From assembly GCA_965213685.1 (NCBI GenBank), contig CBDBZY010000064.1, positions 224,001 through 288,000 of the forward strand: 64,000 nt of DNA, in the 5' to 3' direction. Position 1 is the first letter of the stretch, and each line of letters starts with the position of its first letter. Positions 25,101 to 47,780 of this stretch are shown one piece after another. Source of the stretch: a bacterium (GTDB taxonomy: Bacteria > UBA8248). Below the pieces are notes generated by a model. The model had not been told where the DNA came from. It ran no database searches and saw nothing but the letters and a program-made list of their open reading frames with translations. Made by a program: the position numbers and the translations under genes.

Positions 25101-26159
25101 AGAGAAAGCTATGCATATATATTATATAATTATATACATAAAGGCTGGTTACTCTACACCTGTCTCCTGCATGTATACAGCAATGTGGCTACCGAGGCAA
25201 ATGAAAACCATCAGGTGTGTATTATTTACTGTTGGTCTTACAACTTGGTGTACAAAGTCACCTGGCAGGTCCAGGCAACAAAAACGGAATAAGGGTGGTG
25301 TATGCACACGCAGACCAAAGACAAAGTGAACTAAGCACACAGGTATTCATCATGCAGAGAAATATAGAACCTGGCAATAGTTGAGTCCCAGCTACAGTGA
25401 ATTTCATAACTCAGATTGGAAACTCATTTCAGTGGTTCCCAAGAGATTCTCCTTGTTCAACCTCATGGCACCATACGTGCACTTTTTAGTGATACATTCT
25501 AGCTCGTAGACTATAGTTCTCTTGATGGGTCACCCTAAACCATGCACCAACACTCAACGGCATCTGTAACATAACACCATTGTGTGTAAGAACTGTCCAC
25601 TACTGGAAAGTGTAGTTGTTGTTATAAGTATTGTCACCTACTCTAGTTACGTGCACATGCCTGAGCTAGTGCAACACCTGTACAGCGGCGCATTAAGGTA
25701 ATCCCCCAGGGAATAGAATAGAATATGCACAAGCTCTAGGGGAAGAGGAGGGAACAGATAGCCTTGCCACAACAGCACCCCACCCACTTTCAATAGAAGC
25801 GACGTCTAAGAAGTGTACTAGTACTCTGACTGGCTGCAACAGTGACTACCACGGCGCGAACGAAACCGCTGTAGTTAGCTGCGCGTAAGGCTGAATTCTC
25901 TCACGTTCAGCGCACAGGTAGTGTCGTGGTGTATACATGTAGTAGTTTTCTGAGGTTCCTTAGTGGCTAGGTACATACGTGTATGTATGTATACACAGAC
26001 TTACGGGTATGAAAGGCCGATGTGGTTGAGATTAATGGTCAGCTTGTTGTCACTAGTTGTACAGCTGCAGTGGTCAGAAGATACATGGCATTGCTCGGCG
26101 CTCCTCACTAACGCCAGTCCTGCCAGAGCCAGTACTAAACACGCCCAGCGATTATCCAT
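22117..26159 (-). CDS. M6PR: Cation-dependent mannose-6-phosphate receptor/ATG27-like type I membrane protein, paralog A (7 exons: 26159-26005, 24568-24475, 24091-23958, 23618-23534, 23324-23218, 22526-22400, 22179-22117)
   Basis: All introns GT-AG and phases consistent. Signal peptide MDNRWACLVLALAGLALVRS, MRH-like domain (FSYMPC, VCQ, SLG, YKDGD, R, E, Y), Gly/Ser linker, TM, tail GARGLEVIPNYSFWKDLPFLIKDGFLF...YQSL*. Confidence 0.9.
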
Positions 26160-27009
26160 AGCGTTTGGAAAACACAGAAGAGGAGGGTCTTACTAGGGCT
26201 CTTTGTGTCTACGCTGCTAAACAAGAGTCATGTGATTTGGTCTACACGCGCATGCCCACGCAGATAGGGTCACATCTCGCCCTATGTCCATCCATCGGCG
26301 AATGAATGAGCTTAACGCCTGAGTATGCAAGTCTACCTTGCAAATTTCGCCCACTTTTCACAAGGCCACAATTTACGTGTATCAGTCACAGCTCTACAGT
26401 CCCAAGACTCGTCTCCCATGCACGCGCAAAAATCAAATTTTTGGAATGCCTATAGTGTATCCTGTGCTCCTAAGGGACGGAGTGCTTTCCTCTGCCTACG
26501 CATCGTAGTTACATACCACACAGCATTTCTTGCATGTTATCTTCAAAGGACATAGGTAGGTGAAGAAAGTGAGCAATGCACTGCACACAGAGATTTTAAA
26601 GCTTGGTACGAAGTATCTATAGATCTAGGTATCTCATATCTAGGCACTCACTATAACAAAGGAGTTTAAAGTGACATTTCCTTTGCAAATATGATCATTT
26701 GTTACTGTAGCATTTCTTGTCCAGAGTCACCTCAATGTATGCAAGTACTTCCATGCTTTAGGAGGTGGGAAGCTAGAAAACTGGGACAAAGCACATCATC
26801 ATCTCTACATTCAACAAGCCCTTCAGTGTCTGCATGTGCAATCATGTAGAAAGTCTCTCCAATATATGACTTCTTATGGCCTCCTTGGATTTTTGATAAC
26901 TATATTTACACCATTTGTATAGATGCTTGAAAAGTAACTACATGTAGAAAGTTCAAACTGTACAAAAAATGACAAAGCAAACATAGTTATGTGACAACAC
27001 ATCTATCAT

Positions 27010-28560
27010 GTAGTATCTCAATCTCTGTATGTGATTTGAAATTTCAGAGAACTGGATCAAGCATAGAATATGGTCTAAATCATGTTTGTATTCCATCCCA
27101 GTGAGATCAGTGATACTTTCTGTTTCAAAATATCCAGACAAACCTGTGTACAAGTATGCATACTCTAGAAAAATAGACATGTAACTGTTATAAAGTGCTG
27201 GCATTTCAGTATTATTTTTTTCTATGAGTTTATACAATTCTGCAATGGATATACACATAGCAAGTATTGCTAATACACGACATCCCTTACAACAATATGC
27301 TTCTAAGTGACGACTTAAATGATGATAAGGTACTACACTGGGTTGCAAAGGATGAGGATAGGTTGTCACATGGAGTACATTGTGGCACATTTCCTCTGTG
27401 GGTGTGTAATGGCTTGGCTGTTTATGTGCTGTTTGCATTATGACTTGGTTTACTCAATTCACATGACAGGCCCCATCAACTTGAAAGGTAGTGTGCAAAC
27501 CTAAATAAATACATTACTGAAAATACATGGCAATAGATGAGCCTCACCTACACTGATTAAAAAATACTCCCCTTCCCATCAGAGATGATGATCATATTTC
27601 CTGCAGCACCCCAGCCACGATACAATACAGAGAGCAAACTCATTTCTAGAAAGCAAATGGGTTCCCACAAGATTTTCTTTGTTGATCCTCATTGCATACA
27701 ATGCACAGGCAGAACCTTTGAGCTCATAAACTGGTGCACCTGCATGGTGGAATACACTCTACACCTTGCATCAACACCTCAGAGTATATGTGCTGCATAA
27801 CAGTCCCATGTACAGGAGCTACCCTCATCCCCACTAAGCCTTCGGGAAAGTGTAGTGATATGTTGCCGACCCTATTCACCTTCCCTTGTGAATGAGGTAG
27901 TGCAGCATATTATGTGGTGATTCAATGATCTCCCACATAGCAAAGGTGATCTGTAAATTTTAGTGGAAAAGCACGAAGCAAGTAGTGTTACCACAGCTGA
28001 AGCTCACTCACTCTCAATAGAAGTGACATCTAAGATTCTAAGAAATGGGACTGCAGGAATGACTACCAAAACCATGGTTTTATAGCTACATCCAAAGAAC
28101 AGAATGTAGGCAATTTTGAGGGCAGGGCAATTTGCGATTAAAAGCATCATGTGAAGCACTTCTCACATGATGCTTAAAGTTTACTCCTCTCAGATCCCAG
28201 GCCCAGTGCCTTACCTTACGTTGGTTCTTCAGTGGCTATGCATGCATGCCCACGCAGATGAGCATGTACGTAGTCTATGGGCTTTCGTACCAGTGTATGA
28301 ATGAGCTCAGTAGCTATATTCATGGGTCTACCTCAGGTTTCGCCCACATTTCACTCGGCCACAAACCATGTGTATCAAAATATTCCCTTCCCTGCTCTTT
28401 GGAATACCCATAAGGTATCAGGTGCATGTAAAGGTACCAAAACTGCGGAGAAATGTTCTCTCCCTAAGCATTGTAGCTATATGTACCACACAGTATTTCT
28501 TACATGCACACATATCCTATATAATCCAAGTTTAAAGTACAGTATTGAAACAAATTGAGC
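27010..28560 (-). pseudogene. Degenerate M6PR-like duplicate (pseudo-exon 3 plus intron-1/upstream homology)
   Basis: 27142-27010 reads VCLDILKQKVSLISLGWNTNMI*TI..*SSSLKFQITYRD with stops. ~27500-28560 has patchy similarity to 25050-26560 with exon 1 missing. Confidence 0.7.
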
Positions 28561-28696
28561 AATGCAGTACAGACAATACTGAGCAACAGTGTTTATCCAC
28601 TTTGGTGTGCAATTATCAGCAACTCACAAGTAACATAAACATATTGCACTCAAATAATAGCAACAATGAATGCTAGTGTGAGATGTCGTGTTTTAG

Positions 28697-31600
28697 TTAA
28701 AAGGATTGGTACTTTTCAGTCCTCTTGTAGCAAGGACTAATCATGAAAAAGAAACCATCCTGAAGTAAAAGAAGAAAAGGTTAATCATACTGTGGTTGCA
28801 CCATCATTAGAAACAATACCAAAATGCACCAAATAGGCCTAAAACTTCATTAATTTTGATGGCTTTAGTGAGAGCTAAATTCTCTCTACCCTCCTTCCTT
28901 ATACAATATACATTACCTTGATAAGGAATGGAAGATCCTTCCAGAATGCATAGTTTGGAATCACCTCCATACCTCGTGCTCCCTTTATACGATACATGTA
29001 GATACCTCCGACAACAAAATATGCAATTACTGCACCTAAAGCACTAGAGAGAGACATAACAAAAGCACTCCATACAACATAGTCCTGTGAATAACAGAGC
29101 ATTTGCACCATGTTATACATTTGGTAGAGGATGCTGGTCATAATTGTAACCCTGACTCACAGAAATATGAGCACAAGGCCTATTGGGCCAGCTATGTCAT
29201 CGCTTCCTCCACTTTTCCCTCCACTGTTTCCCTTGTATGGAGCTATGCCACTGCCTACAACATTGAAGTACTGTGTGCATAAAGTGAAAGTAGGCGTTGA
29301 GAGGAGATGAGTACAACTAAGATCACATCAATGCAGTTTCTTGACCAATGCTCTAAACAATGGATGAATAATTTACGTACGTATATATATTGATCGTCGT
29401 CTTCTTGATCAAAGGTGAAGGTGGTACTTGATGTGCCCTTACTGAATGATATTACTGCAGATCTGAAAGTAGGAATAAACATTACTAAGTACAGTCTCAT
29501 GACTGCTGGCACCTCACATGATATATGAGGGGCTAGCATGAATGACAATACCAATGTAGTCTGAGGTTTTAATTCCTACTGACACATTATACTCACCTAT
29601 TTAAATAACCAAACTATACACAGATGTTTACTTGATGGCTCGAGGAGGTATAATACACTATCAATGTACCTTACTATTCCTTTTGCTTCATCTCCTCCTC
29701 CATAAGTGATTTGAAACTGCAGATTGTTTGGGTCCGCATTTGTGATGGTCCATTGAAAGTTGGTATACCTTGACACAGAATACTCATTACTTTCTTGATT
29801 AATCGCCACCTGGCAAACCTGTACACAGTTGTAGGAAACCACAAAGCATTATACTTGCTTTATCTACTGAAGGTAAGAAGCTAAAGCTCAACCTACACCA
29901 AGTGTAGCCTACTGACTGTGCTCATATTTATGTGTGTATACTCTACCCCAGAGTCATACACTCACAGTGCTGGGTTCACCAGAGCCACATTCCTGAGCTG
30001 GACATGGTGAGTAGTAATAGAAATAGTTTTTTATAGTGTCCTTATACTGAGCACTGCAGAATTGTAAATGAACAGAAGAATGATATGTGCATACAACAAA
30101 CTGTAGACAAGCTTATTGCATTATTAACATAATGTTAGATGCAGCAGAGTTAATACAACAAGTTATTACAGAACTAATACAGAAGCCACAAGAATAAGCT
30201 CAGGTAACAGTTCTATTAACTAGCCAATTGCTGGTGTGCTGCTGATGGCATGTACCTTTCATCTACATGTCTTGAATGGATGTGTATAGCTTTCTTAACC
30301 AGTGGAACAGGGATCCCAGAAGCTTCATCCAGTATACAAACACTACTCCAATTAGCTATCTATCCTGCCTCATAGGCTCTGCAACAACTGATCTGTCAAC
30401 TTTTACAGATGAGCTACAGCTGGGTATTCCCATGCTACACCTCTTCTTTGAAGCACATGATTGTTACATACTACCAAACAGGGCAGTGCAAAATCACATT
30501 CATTGACTATATACATCACCTATTCCCATGAGATCACCATGCAAACTATGACCATATCAATGTTAAACACATTCCACCTCTCCACTCTTAGTTACATGGT
30601 TCCTTTAAATAATACATATATGGGGGAGGCAAGCAACCCCCAATTCTCTCTAGTAGTCTACTTTGTTCATGAATCAAACCTTCTCTTACTTGGTTTACAT
30701 TGCAATGCTGACACCTACAATTCTGCTAGTCTCGTGAACCAGACCGTAGGGAAAATACGGTCTGGCCAAACTCGCCAGGTTTTCGTTTCCGCTTGGAATG
30801 TTGTCACGTTTGAATAATTAGCAATAGGAACTTAACACTATACATAAGCAACCGCAACGGGAGGATTCCGCCATGAGCGATACAGCTAGCTCTTGCTTTT
30901 GCTAGTCTGTTCTTTTCGACACACACAAACCTACAGCTACTGAATGCCACCGCCTTGGTTGGCTCGGTTAGTTAGTTGGGTGGTGGAGTATGCACTTTGT
31001 CTCCGCATAGGTAAACGAAACGGTAAACGAGCGGTCTATGGTCTCCGAATCACACATAGCACAATGACGTCCATCCTTCTAACAACGGACGATTCTCTTA
31101 TGCGTTTAGCTGGATCAACAAACCTAGAAAACTCAGTGTGGAGTCACCCGTTTGCGGCTCCGTTGTGTAATGGGGTAAGGGCTAGGCTAGGGACTACAGC
31201 ATACGGTCATTTGGTAGAGAAACGGCTACTATGATGGCTAGACTATGGCTAGAATAGAGCTAGACTCAGAGACTGGCATCTGCAGGGCTGGCTAAGCTTG
31301 TAAAGGTAGAAGGTTGATTGGGTTCCAAACGTTCCGTATTAGATGATTACCGCATACCGGTAATCTGATTGGTCGCACCGAGATCTCAATGCGAGATAGC
31401 TTATTCCACGAAAACCTGGCCAGTTTGGCCAGACCGTATTTTTCCTTCCTCCCCTCCCCGCATGCGCGTTCACGAAATACGGTCTGGTTCACGAGACTAC
31501 AATTCTGCATTTCCAGCCTTCAGACCCTGCTAGACAGTGTAGACCGATGCAAACATGTTAGTTTTCACAAAACCTTCTCCTATGCTTACTGCCTATACAC

Positions 31601-32413
31601 TAAACCTTGACGTGAATACATTAACCTGCACAATATCAAACTGTCATATAACTGACCTTCAAGGTAACCCATCATAATAATTGTACAATACCCCTACTAC
31701 AGAGAGAGCTGATTATGGCCCTATATTTGTCATGCCATGCCATGGCAGTGAGGGAATTAAGTCTTCCTGTGCTGGTAGTAAGGAGTATACTAGCACCAAC
31801 CAGGGTTCTATCCACTGGGGGGGGGGGGGGGGGGGGGGGCTTCTCCTCCAACCCCCCAACTTCCCCCCCAAAACTTGGTCACTGATCATGGCATCCAAGA
31901 AATTTTTGCATCAAAAGTGACTTAAAGACACCTCAAAATCAGAAAATTTCCTGGAGGATACTCCCCCATACCCCCTACACACTATGTATTTCTGTGGTAG
32001 GCTATTATATTTAAGACGCTTTCCCCCCCAAAAGTATTTTTCTAGATAGAACCCTGCCAACAACAGTGCAGTGTGGAGAGAATACTGCTAAGGTTTGTTT
32101 ACACTCCAAAGAAATACACGTAGATATTGCCGGCACACAAATGAATGTCTACGATAGCAAATAGACTCAAGTATGAGTGTAGACACAGTATCTTCCTACA
32201 GTACTTCTTGTACAGAGCTCACTAGCAGATCTCACTTCCAGCGGTGCGCCGCTAAACTTACGGGTAGGTCAGGCCTATGTGCCGGATGTCGATGGTAATG
32301 CTCCCGTCGCTGGTTGTGCATTTGCAGAAGGTGTCATCCGGGATGCAGTCCTGCGCACCTGCCGCTGCTAAACATCCAGCTAGGGCCAACAGCAGGTGAA
32401 GCAGCTTGGCCAT
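28697..32413 (-). CDS. M6PR: M6PR/ATG27-like paralog B (7 exons: 32413-32262, 30053-29966, 29818-29670, 29462-29381, 29270-29161, 29043-28917, 28759-28697)
   Basis: Same intron positions and phases as paralog A. MAKLLHLLLALAGCLAAAGA signal peptide; YYYSPC, VCQ, YGGGD, RSAVI; tail GARGMEVIPNYAFWKDLPFLIKDGFFF...YQSF*. Confidence 0.9.
30727..31499. mobile_element. Non-autonomous Academ-type element (TAG...CTA termini, 9-bp TSD) in intron 1 of paralog B
   Basis: TIR TAGTCTCGTGAACCAGACCGTA / TACGGTCTGGTTCACGAGACTA; TSD CAATTCTGC at 30718-30726 and 31500-31508. Confidence 0.85.
31801..32056. mobile_element. MITE with 5-bp TSD (hAT5-like, second family)
   Basis: TIR CAGGGTTCTATC / GATAGAACCCTG; TSD CCAAC. 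Confidence 0.8.
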
Positions 32414-33718
32414 CGTGACACTGGTGGTGCTGCATATATGAATGTTTGTTGTTTCCACCTACCTATCATGGGATGCATATATCGCGTGAGTAGCACGTGC
32501 GCCGCGGAATGTTCGCTCTTTCGCACATTCCCGCGAGCGAACGGAATCGCATTTTCCCGTTTTCCTCCGCTTTTTGCCGTTCGCTACACTCAATCACAAT
32601 TTTGTGCACAATGCCCTATTTCTAATGCTGAAGGTCCCAGACTGCGCCACGTGGGCGGGAAAAATACGGCTGGCTTGCGAGACTAGCTTTTTACACAGGA
32701 ATGACATTTACACTGCACCCGCGACGGCTTTGTTACGCACGTTCAACTGTAGAAGGAACTGAAGGGTTCCTTGTTGCTGCTGCCACAGATGCTGTCCGGC
32801 ATAAGGGCATGGAGAGTGCATCATTGGTGTAATTCTATAGCTGCCGCACTCAATGCAATCAGTGAGGCAACGAAGGGACCTTGTAAGCTTTTTTCACACA
32901 CCATTTACAGTTTATAATTGCCAGTCTGGTTCTCTCGTGTAAAAATGCATCATTCTAAGCTCTATAGCTATATGCATACAAAGAGGAGAGTCAGCAGACT
33001 ACATAGGGTAGTTTCTTCTTCTACCTCATGAAAAAAATTTTATTACTCAGCTAAGAGATGAAGATCTTAACACTAGAGTTCAACCCTCCTCCATGAGTCA
33101 GGCAAAGGTCAGTGCCCACTGAGTTCCTCAAAGTAGGAAGGTGTATAGCCACATTGGGTGCACATGTAAAATCCCCTCACAAGATCAGTGGAGAGGTGAG
33201 CTGTCACTGCACATCAGGTTCACCTCTGCCAGTAGTAGTATACCATGCTCTCTCTCCTCTTCTTCCTGCTCTTCTTCCATTTGACCCTCAGCCTCTTTCC
33301 ACTTCCCTTCCTATTATTTCCTCTCTTTCCCTTCCCTACTTTGCACCACAAACCTCACCTCCTCTTTCTCTCTTTCCCCTCCTTTTGCCCCTCATCCACT
33401 ACCTTACCTCTTCCATCCTCCTACCCACTTTCTTAGTAGTGCCATTTCCACTCCATAACAAACATATGCAACGGTGTACAGCCATGTGATGCACTGGCAC
33501 ACAATGTATATACATGCCTGAAAATATGACTCTGTGTTAGGATATTTGTCATGCAGCTACAGCATGTGAGAATGTCACTGTGAATAAAAAAGTCAGTATA
33601 CATGTATGTGTATATGTCTTGCTTGCTTAGGTGTACAAGAATCCCTGTGTGTTGCTATTAACAATCTTCCAGGTAGTTATACTGTAATGATCAGAGTTCT
33701 TGATAGCTCTGTGTTCTC

Positions 33719-42483
<8,765 letters not shown>

Positions 42484-44016
42484 TGCGAGTACTGTCACGC
42501 GAAGTGATCCGGTCCAATTTATTTTGGTATGCGATAATTACTCCGACCCGGAAATAGGTGGTCCGACCTGCGCGCGCGATTCGCGATCGCATTTCAAGTG
42601 CTCTGGCCTACCACAGAAAGTGTCACAAATTGTTGACAGAAGCTAGGAGAAAAGAAATTGCCAATCAATCATACTACACCATGCATGCCCGGCTACAACA
42701 TAACCCATAACCCTAGTAGAATTAGCATAGCTTGCAGTCATGAATCTGTGTTTTATCATGCTATAAACCGTGTACTGCGTACGCTGCTCCCCCCGTAGAG
42801 TCTTAGCTGCAAAGCTGCGGTATACACTTCTACCTTAACTGTGTACACAGCGCCTTGCCTGCCTTTACCCCCTCTCGCAGTGCCTCCCCCTGCCAGTTTT
42901 TCACGTGCCCGCAAGCTCTTTTCGAATTTTTACCCTCGGACCACTTTTGGCAAGGGGGGACCGTTTTTAGGTGCAAAAATTGGTCCCCCGGACCACTTTC
43001 ATTGGTTGCCAAAGTTCCTCCGCCCGGACCACTTTTGGCTGCCAAAACTCAGCCAAAACTGACCGCTTTTTTCCGATTATCGCATGACAGTACGCGCTGT
43101 GTGCGCAGGCGATAAGCGTAAACCCAGTGACCGCAGACTCATTAGTAGCTTACTAGTGGCCTCTCGGTGGCTGCATACCCATGCTTACAGAGAAATTGTG
43201 TGTATAGTCTGCTAAGCTATAAAGTGATGCGTGAACACACACTGAATTAATGTAGTCTATTCCCCAACAGCCAAGTCACATTCTCAGCCTGTAGAGATCA
43301 AGTGTAATCATAGATGTAGTAAACAGTTTCCGAAGTAAGCTTACACCAACTTCGTACAATGTCTACAAGTCTAGTCTAGCCCTACCTCTAGCCCCGACTC
43401 GTCACACGATCAGTGAACTACTAGAGTCCCGCCTAGCTTGGGCCCGAAGCTAGCTAAACCTTGCGGCTCCATTTAACAAGGCAGCGAACGGTAGCAGTGC
43501 TCTGAGGGTTGACGAGTAAAAGGATAGTCCGAATCGTGGACAGTATGCAAGATACAGTGTTGTGCACTGCGTACGAAAGCTGTTTTACTGAATCCTCCAT
43601 GCTTTTTCTTACATCCTGGTATTTCTGGATAGGAGTTTTCATAAATCGTGAAGTAGCGGTGAGAGTAGATTTAAATACGTGCAGCTATATAAGTCAGTTA
43701 TACTGGAGCAAAGAGACTTGGTGGTCGAAGGACTGTCCCTACTGAACGTTCCGATACTGTAATTCCGGTACCGTATCGCGCACGTTTACGTCCTCGAATC
43801 GGGATCACATTTTTGGCTGTGTATGAATCCTAATATCTGATTGGTCAGTGTGAGGTCCTTTATTTTGCTTATTAGACCTCTGATGGTGGGATTTTGTCAC
43901 CGTATTGGTCAGATTTACTTCTGACGGTGGAATTCTGTCACCTGATTGGTCAGATTTACTTATTAGACCTCTGAAGCTACACGGCCAAAAACGCGATCCC
44001 GATTCGATGACGTAAA

Positions 44017-44298
44017 CACTGGCGTGAGAAGCAGGGGGGCTGGGGGGGCTGTAGCCCCCCCATGTTTTTGGAATGGCCACACTCCCCAGTTATTGCACTT
44101 ACTGTGACACTGCTTTAGCTGTAGTTGTCTAGTTGGTTCTAATAGTTGTAAGTATAATGTTTTTTGTCTCAGAATGTACCAGAATTGATTTCAGAGTGTA
44201 CACATAAAAATTTCCCGCATGCCCCCAGACCCCCGTAGGTAGGATGTGCCGCCCACACGGTCAGCCCCCCCATCCAAAAGCATCTTCTTACGCCCCTG
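44017..44298. mobile_element. ~300-bp MITE with 5-bp TSD, copy 2
   Basis: CACTGGCGTGAGAAG ... CTTCTTACGCCCCTG; TSD GTAAA. Confidence 0.82.
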
Positions 44299-44339
44299 GT
44301 AAACGTGCGCGAAACGGTACGGATTACAGTATCGGAACG

Positions 44340-46822
44340 AGCTAAGAGGTACCAAATGTTGCGTAATACTGTAACTTCCATGATTCGTAAATCTCGAAGA
44401 GCCTACTTCAATACCTTAAGTTCAACTAACAAGAAACAGTTTTGGAAAGCAATCAAATGTCTTAGCAAACAAAAATCAACCATTCCTACTCTTATGTTAA
44501 ATGATGTGTCTGCATCTACCAACTCAGCCAAAGCTAAGATGCTGAATGACTTCTTCTCCAGCTGTTTCAATCCTGCTGTTCCACCATTACTTGAATCCCT
44601 AAATGATTGTCCATCTAACCACTGTCCAGATGATTTCCTCTGTTGTGAAGAGGAAGTAGCAGCCCTTATTCGCTCTCTGGATGTGTCTAAAGCCAGTGGA
44701 CCAGATGGAATTTCTTCTAGGATGTTAAAAGGCACACTTGAGAGTATTGTTCCATCACTAACAAAGTTATTTAACATTTCAATCAGGACTGGCAAGTTTC
44801 CTCAATGTTGGAAGGAATCATCCATCATTCCCATTCCGAAGGGTGGTGATAGTAGTAAACCTGGCAACTACCGGCCAATCTCCCTCCTCTCCATAATGAG
44901 CAAATTGCTTGAACGACACTTCCATTGGCTGCTTACTGATCATTTCAACACCTCTTACCAACTTGCTCTTAACCAGTGGGGGTTTCAACATGGAAAGTCA
45001 GCTGTGGCTTCTCTCCTAACTGTGGTCCATGCATGGCTTCAAGCATTGGAGACTGGCAAGGAAATTCTTGCCATCTTCTATGACCTTCGCAAAGCGTTTG
45101 ACTCAGTTCCTCATGTACCCCTACTTCAGAAATTAGAAGCTACTGGGCTTCATCCCCATATTCTGAAATGGGTGCGAAGTTACCTTACTCGGCGATTTCA
45201 AAAAGTGGTTGTTGGTGGTGAATCTTCAGCTCCTTTACCAGTGCTGTCTGGAGTACCACAGGGCTCAGTGTTAGGACCCTTGCTGTTCCTTATCTACATC
45301 AATGATGCTGCTAGCTTGCCTTTCTCCTCTGGTACCTGCATTAACTTATTTGCTGATGACATGTTGTTGTACAGAGGTCTCAATTCTCCAGATGATGCTC
45401 AACACCTTCAGCAGGACAATGACTTATTAAATACTTGGGTTCGCACACATCATCTGACTATGAATCCATCTAAGTGCAAATATATGAGAGTGTCTCGAAA
45501 GAGGAAACCAACTGATGTCCCAGCCATACTTCTAGAGGGTATTCCACTGGAATGTGTCGATACCATCAAATACCTTGGTGTCATCCTATCGTCAGACCTC
45601 TCTTGGACACCACACATTGAATCTGTTTGCACCAAAGCAAGGAAACTCTTGGGCCTACTTTACAGACGCTTTTACAATAGTGCCGGATCTGACACTCTCT
45701 TTGAATTGTATACCACACAAATCAGGCTACGTTTAGAATATGCAGCCCCAGTTTGGGATCCTTGTACAGCCAGAAGCATCAAAAAACTGGAAAATACACA
45801 GAAACCTGCATTGAAAATATGTTCTAAACAATGGGATAATCTGGGTTATCAGGATTTACTTGACCTTGCTAAGTGTCCTACTCTCCGTAACCGTCGTCTG
45901 TATTTTAAGTTGTGTACTCTTTATAAGATTGTTCATAAATTAATTTACTTTCCTGTTGATATATTGCCACTTAGGTCAAACCTCTCAGCACCTGTACCAC
46001 TTCTTCATCAACCCTTTGCACGCACCAATTCTTTCTTCTCATCTTTTGTTCTTTCTTCTATATCACTATGGAACAATTTACCCCACGAGGCTTTAACTGC
46101 TGACTCTATACACTCATTTAAGGGAGGGCGAGTCATGATTGCGTTCTTCGTCAATTACTCTACCGTCGCTTTCCCCCTACAATCACCAACGCTAAAACGA
46201 CAGCAATTCTTTGGCGCGGTTGCAAATTTGCTGGGAAAAATTCATATTTCCCGCTACCGTTGGACGTGCGGCGCTGTGTGGCGCCAACCGGTGAAGAGGT
46301 GGATGCTCGCCAAAGGGGAGTGAACTAGTTTATGCGCAATGGGTTGCTCGAGGCTTGGCTTGCTATTTTACGGCAGAATTTGCTACCGTTTTTCTAAATT
46401 CTGCAGCACGAAGAAAACGATTATATTTCTAGAAAGAAAGATTTAGCACGGATTTTTAAAGAAAACCTAGATAGCCAACATGCTTAGTAATCATCCATCG
46501 AAGTTTCGTCTCTGCAGCATTAGCCGTTATTGGCAAATTTTTTTTCTATAATTAGCGATATGCATATTGCGTAAATTTTATAATTCTATGAACCGACATA
46601 TCACGCAAAACTACGTTATTTCGCTAACAGGCATCATTAGGAGAATACAATAAAACATAAATCAGGCAAAATCATGTCTTAGGGTCGTCCTGCCTTAAGT
46701 CATCTCTCTGTCCCTTGTTTCTTTGTCCTTAGGTTGCATACCTTGTATTAGCACTCTGCTACTGTATGTAACCTTTGCATTTGGCATAAACTTTTATAGA
46801 AAAAAAAAAAAAAAAAAAAAAA
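44340..46822 (+). mobile_element. Young 5'-truncated CR1/L2 LINE with intact RT frame and poly(A) tail
   Basis: ORF 44305-46323: KASGPDGI, NYRPISLL, QWGF, DLRKAFDSVPH, GVPQGSVLGPLLFLIYIND, FADD, KYLGV. Poly(A) at 46800-46822. No endonuclease domain. Confidence 0.95.
46122..46694. mobile_element. Kolobok-type MITE, copy 2, inserted near the end of the LINE ORF
   Basis: TTAA at 46118-46121 and 46695-46698. Nearly identical to 4682-5359 except for a ~105-bp internal deletion. Confidence 0.88.
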
Positions 46823-47046
46823 CGTTCAGTTGGGGCAGTCCCTTCGTATATCGAGATGTATCGTGTTTGCCTTACAGCTCGAATCGACATGTAACCCCAG
46901 TGTCGGTTCGAGGCCGTAAGGGCCTTACGTGCTCGATTCGAGCTCCTCCCGGTCCTCGATTCCGGTACCTTACGGCACACGGCATCGAATCGAGCCCAAT
47001 TATTTTTGGTTGTGTACTTATTAGACCTCTGAAGGCTGTGCGTATT

Positions 47047-47452
47047 TGTACACGCTTTTTCCTCGTCGTAGTCTCAGGACAAGTCTTGTACGTATCACGC
47101 GCAAAGCGTCGCGCGTACGTCGCTTGCGCGTGGAGTGCGCGCGTCGTATCCGGGCCCGCGGGGCAGAGAGTACAGCTATCACGCGGAGCCATGGCGCGCA
47201 TATACGTGCCTAGTACATCTGCATGGTATATACACCTTATACCATGTGTTTGTGCACGCTTTCTGCGTGGTAGCCTCGGGACAACTGTTGTACGTATCAC
47301 GCACAAGGCGTCGCGCGTAAGTCGTTTGCTCGTGCGTCGTATCCGGGACGCCCGAGCCCGCGGGGCATAGAGTACAGCTATCATGCGGCCGCAGCCATGG
47401 CGTGTACGTGCCTAGTGCATCTGCATGCATGGTATAAATACCTTATACCATG
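47047..47452 (+). repeat. Tandem duplication of a ~200-bp GC-rich unit
   Basis: TGT.CACGCTTT...TTGTACGTATCACGC...GAGTACAGCTATCA...GCATGGTATA.A.ACCTTATACCATG occurs twice. Confidence 0.85.
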
Positions 47453-47780
47453 CCGTGTCGGTATACCGGTATACGGGAATGCATAAGACCTTGGAAACCT
47501 TAGACCTTGCGCTTCGCGCGCGGGTCTCTAAGCCGGTTTCCGCGGTCTTATACATTCGGGGGCTGTTACTTTCACATCATCCCATGTCCCCTCATGTGAT
47601 AAGCTAGTAGGCGTGGTCGAGTAGCGCACAGCGCTCACGCTCAGCGCCGCGCTCCGAGCTCCGGCTGGCGCAGGCCTCGGAGCCACGCCTTCTCGCACGC
47701 GGAGAGGGCCTGGTGTCTGGCCTATACGCGAGTTGTTCCCTTTGCAGGAATAGCTGCAAACCAATCAGCTAGTGTTCTAG

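Larger units (their letters stand above)
43726..46846. mobile_element. Palindromic element whose right arm is split by a hAT5-like MITE and a LINE
   Basis: Left arm CGAAGGACTGTCCCTACTGAACGTTCCGATACTGTAA...TTTTTGGCTGTGTA pairs with pieces at 43978-44016, 44299-44339 and 46821-46846. Confidence 0.7.

Noticed and set aside
46723-47430. 215-aa and 170-aa GC-rich ORFs
   Set aside because: They span a poly(A) tail and a tandem repeat and show no recognisable motifs.
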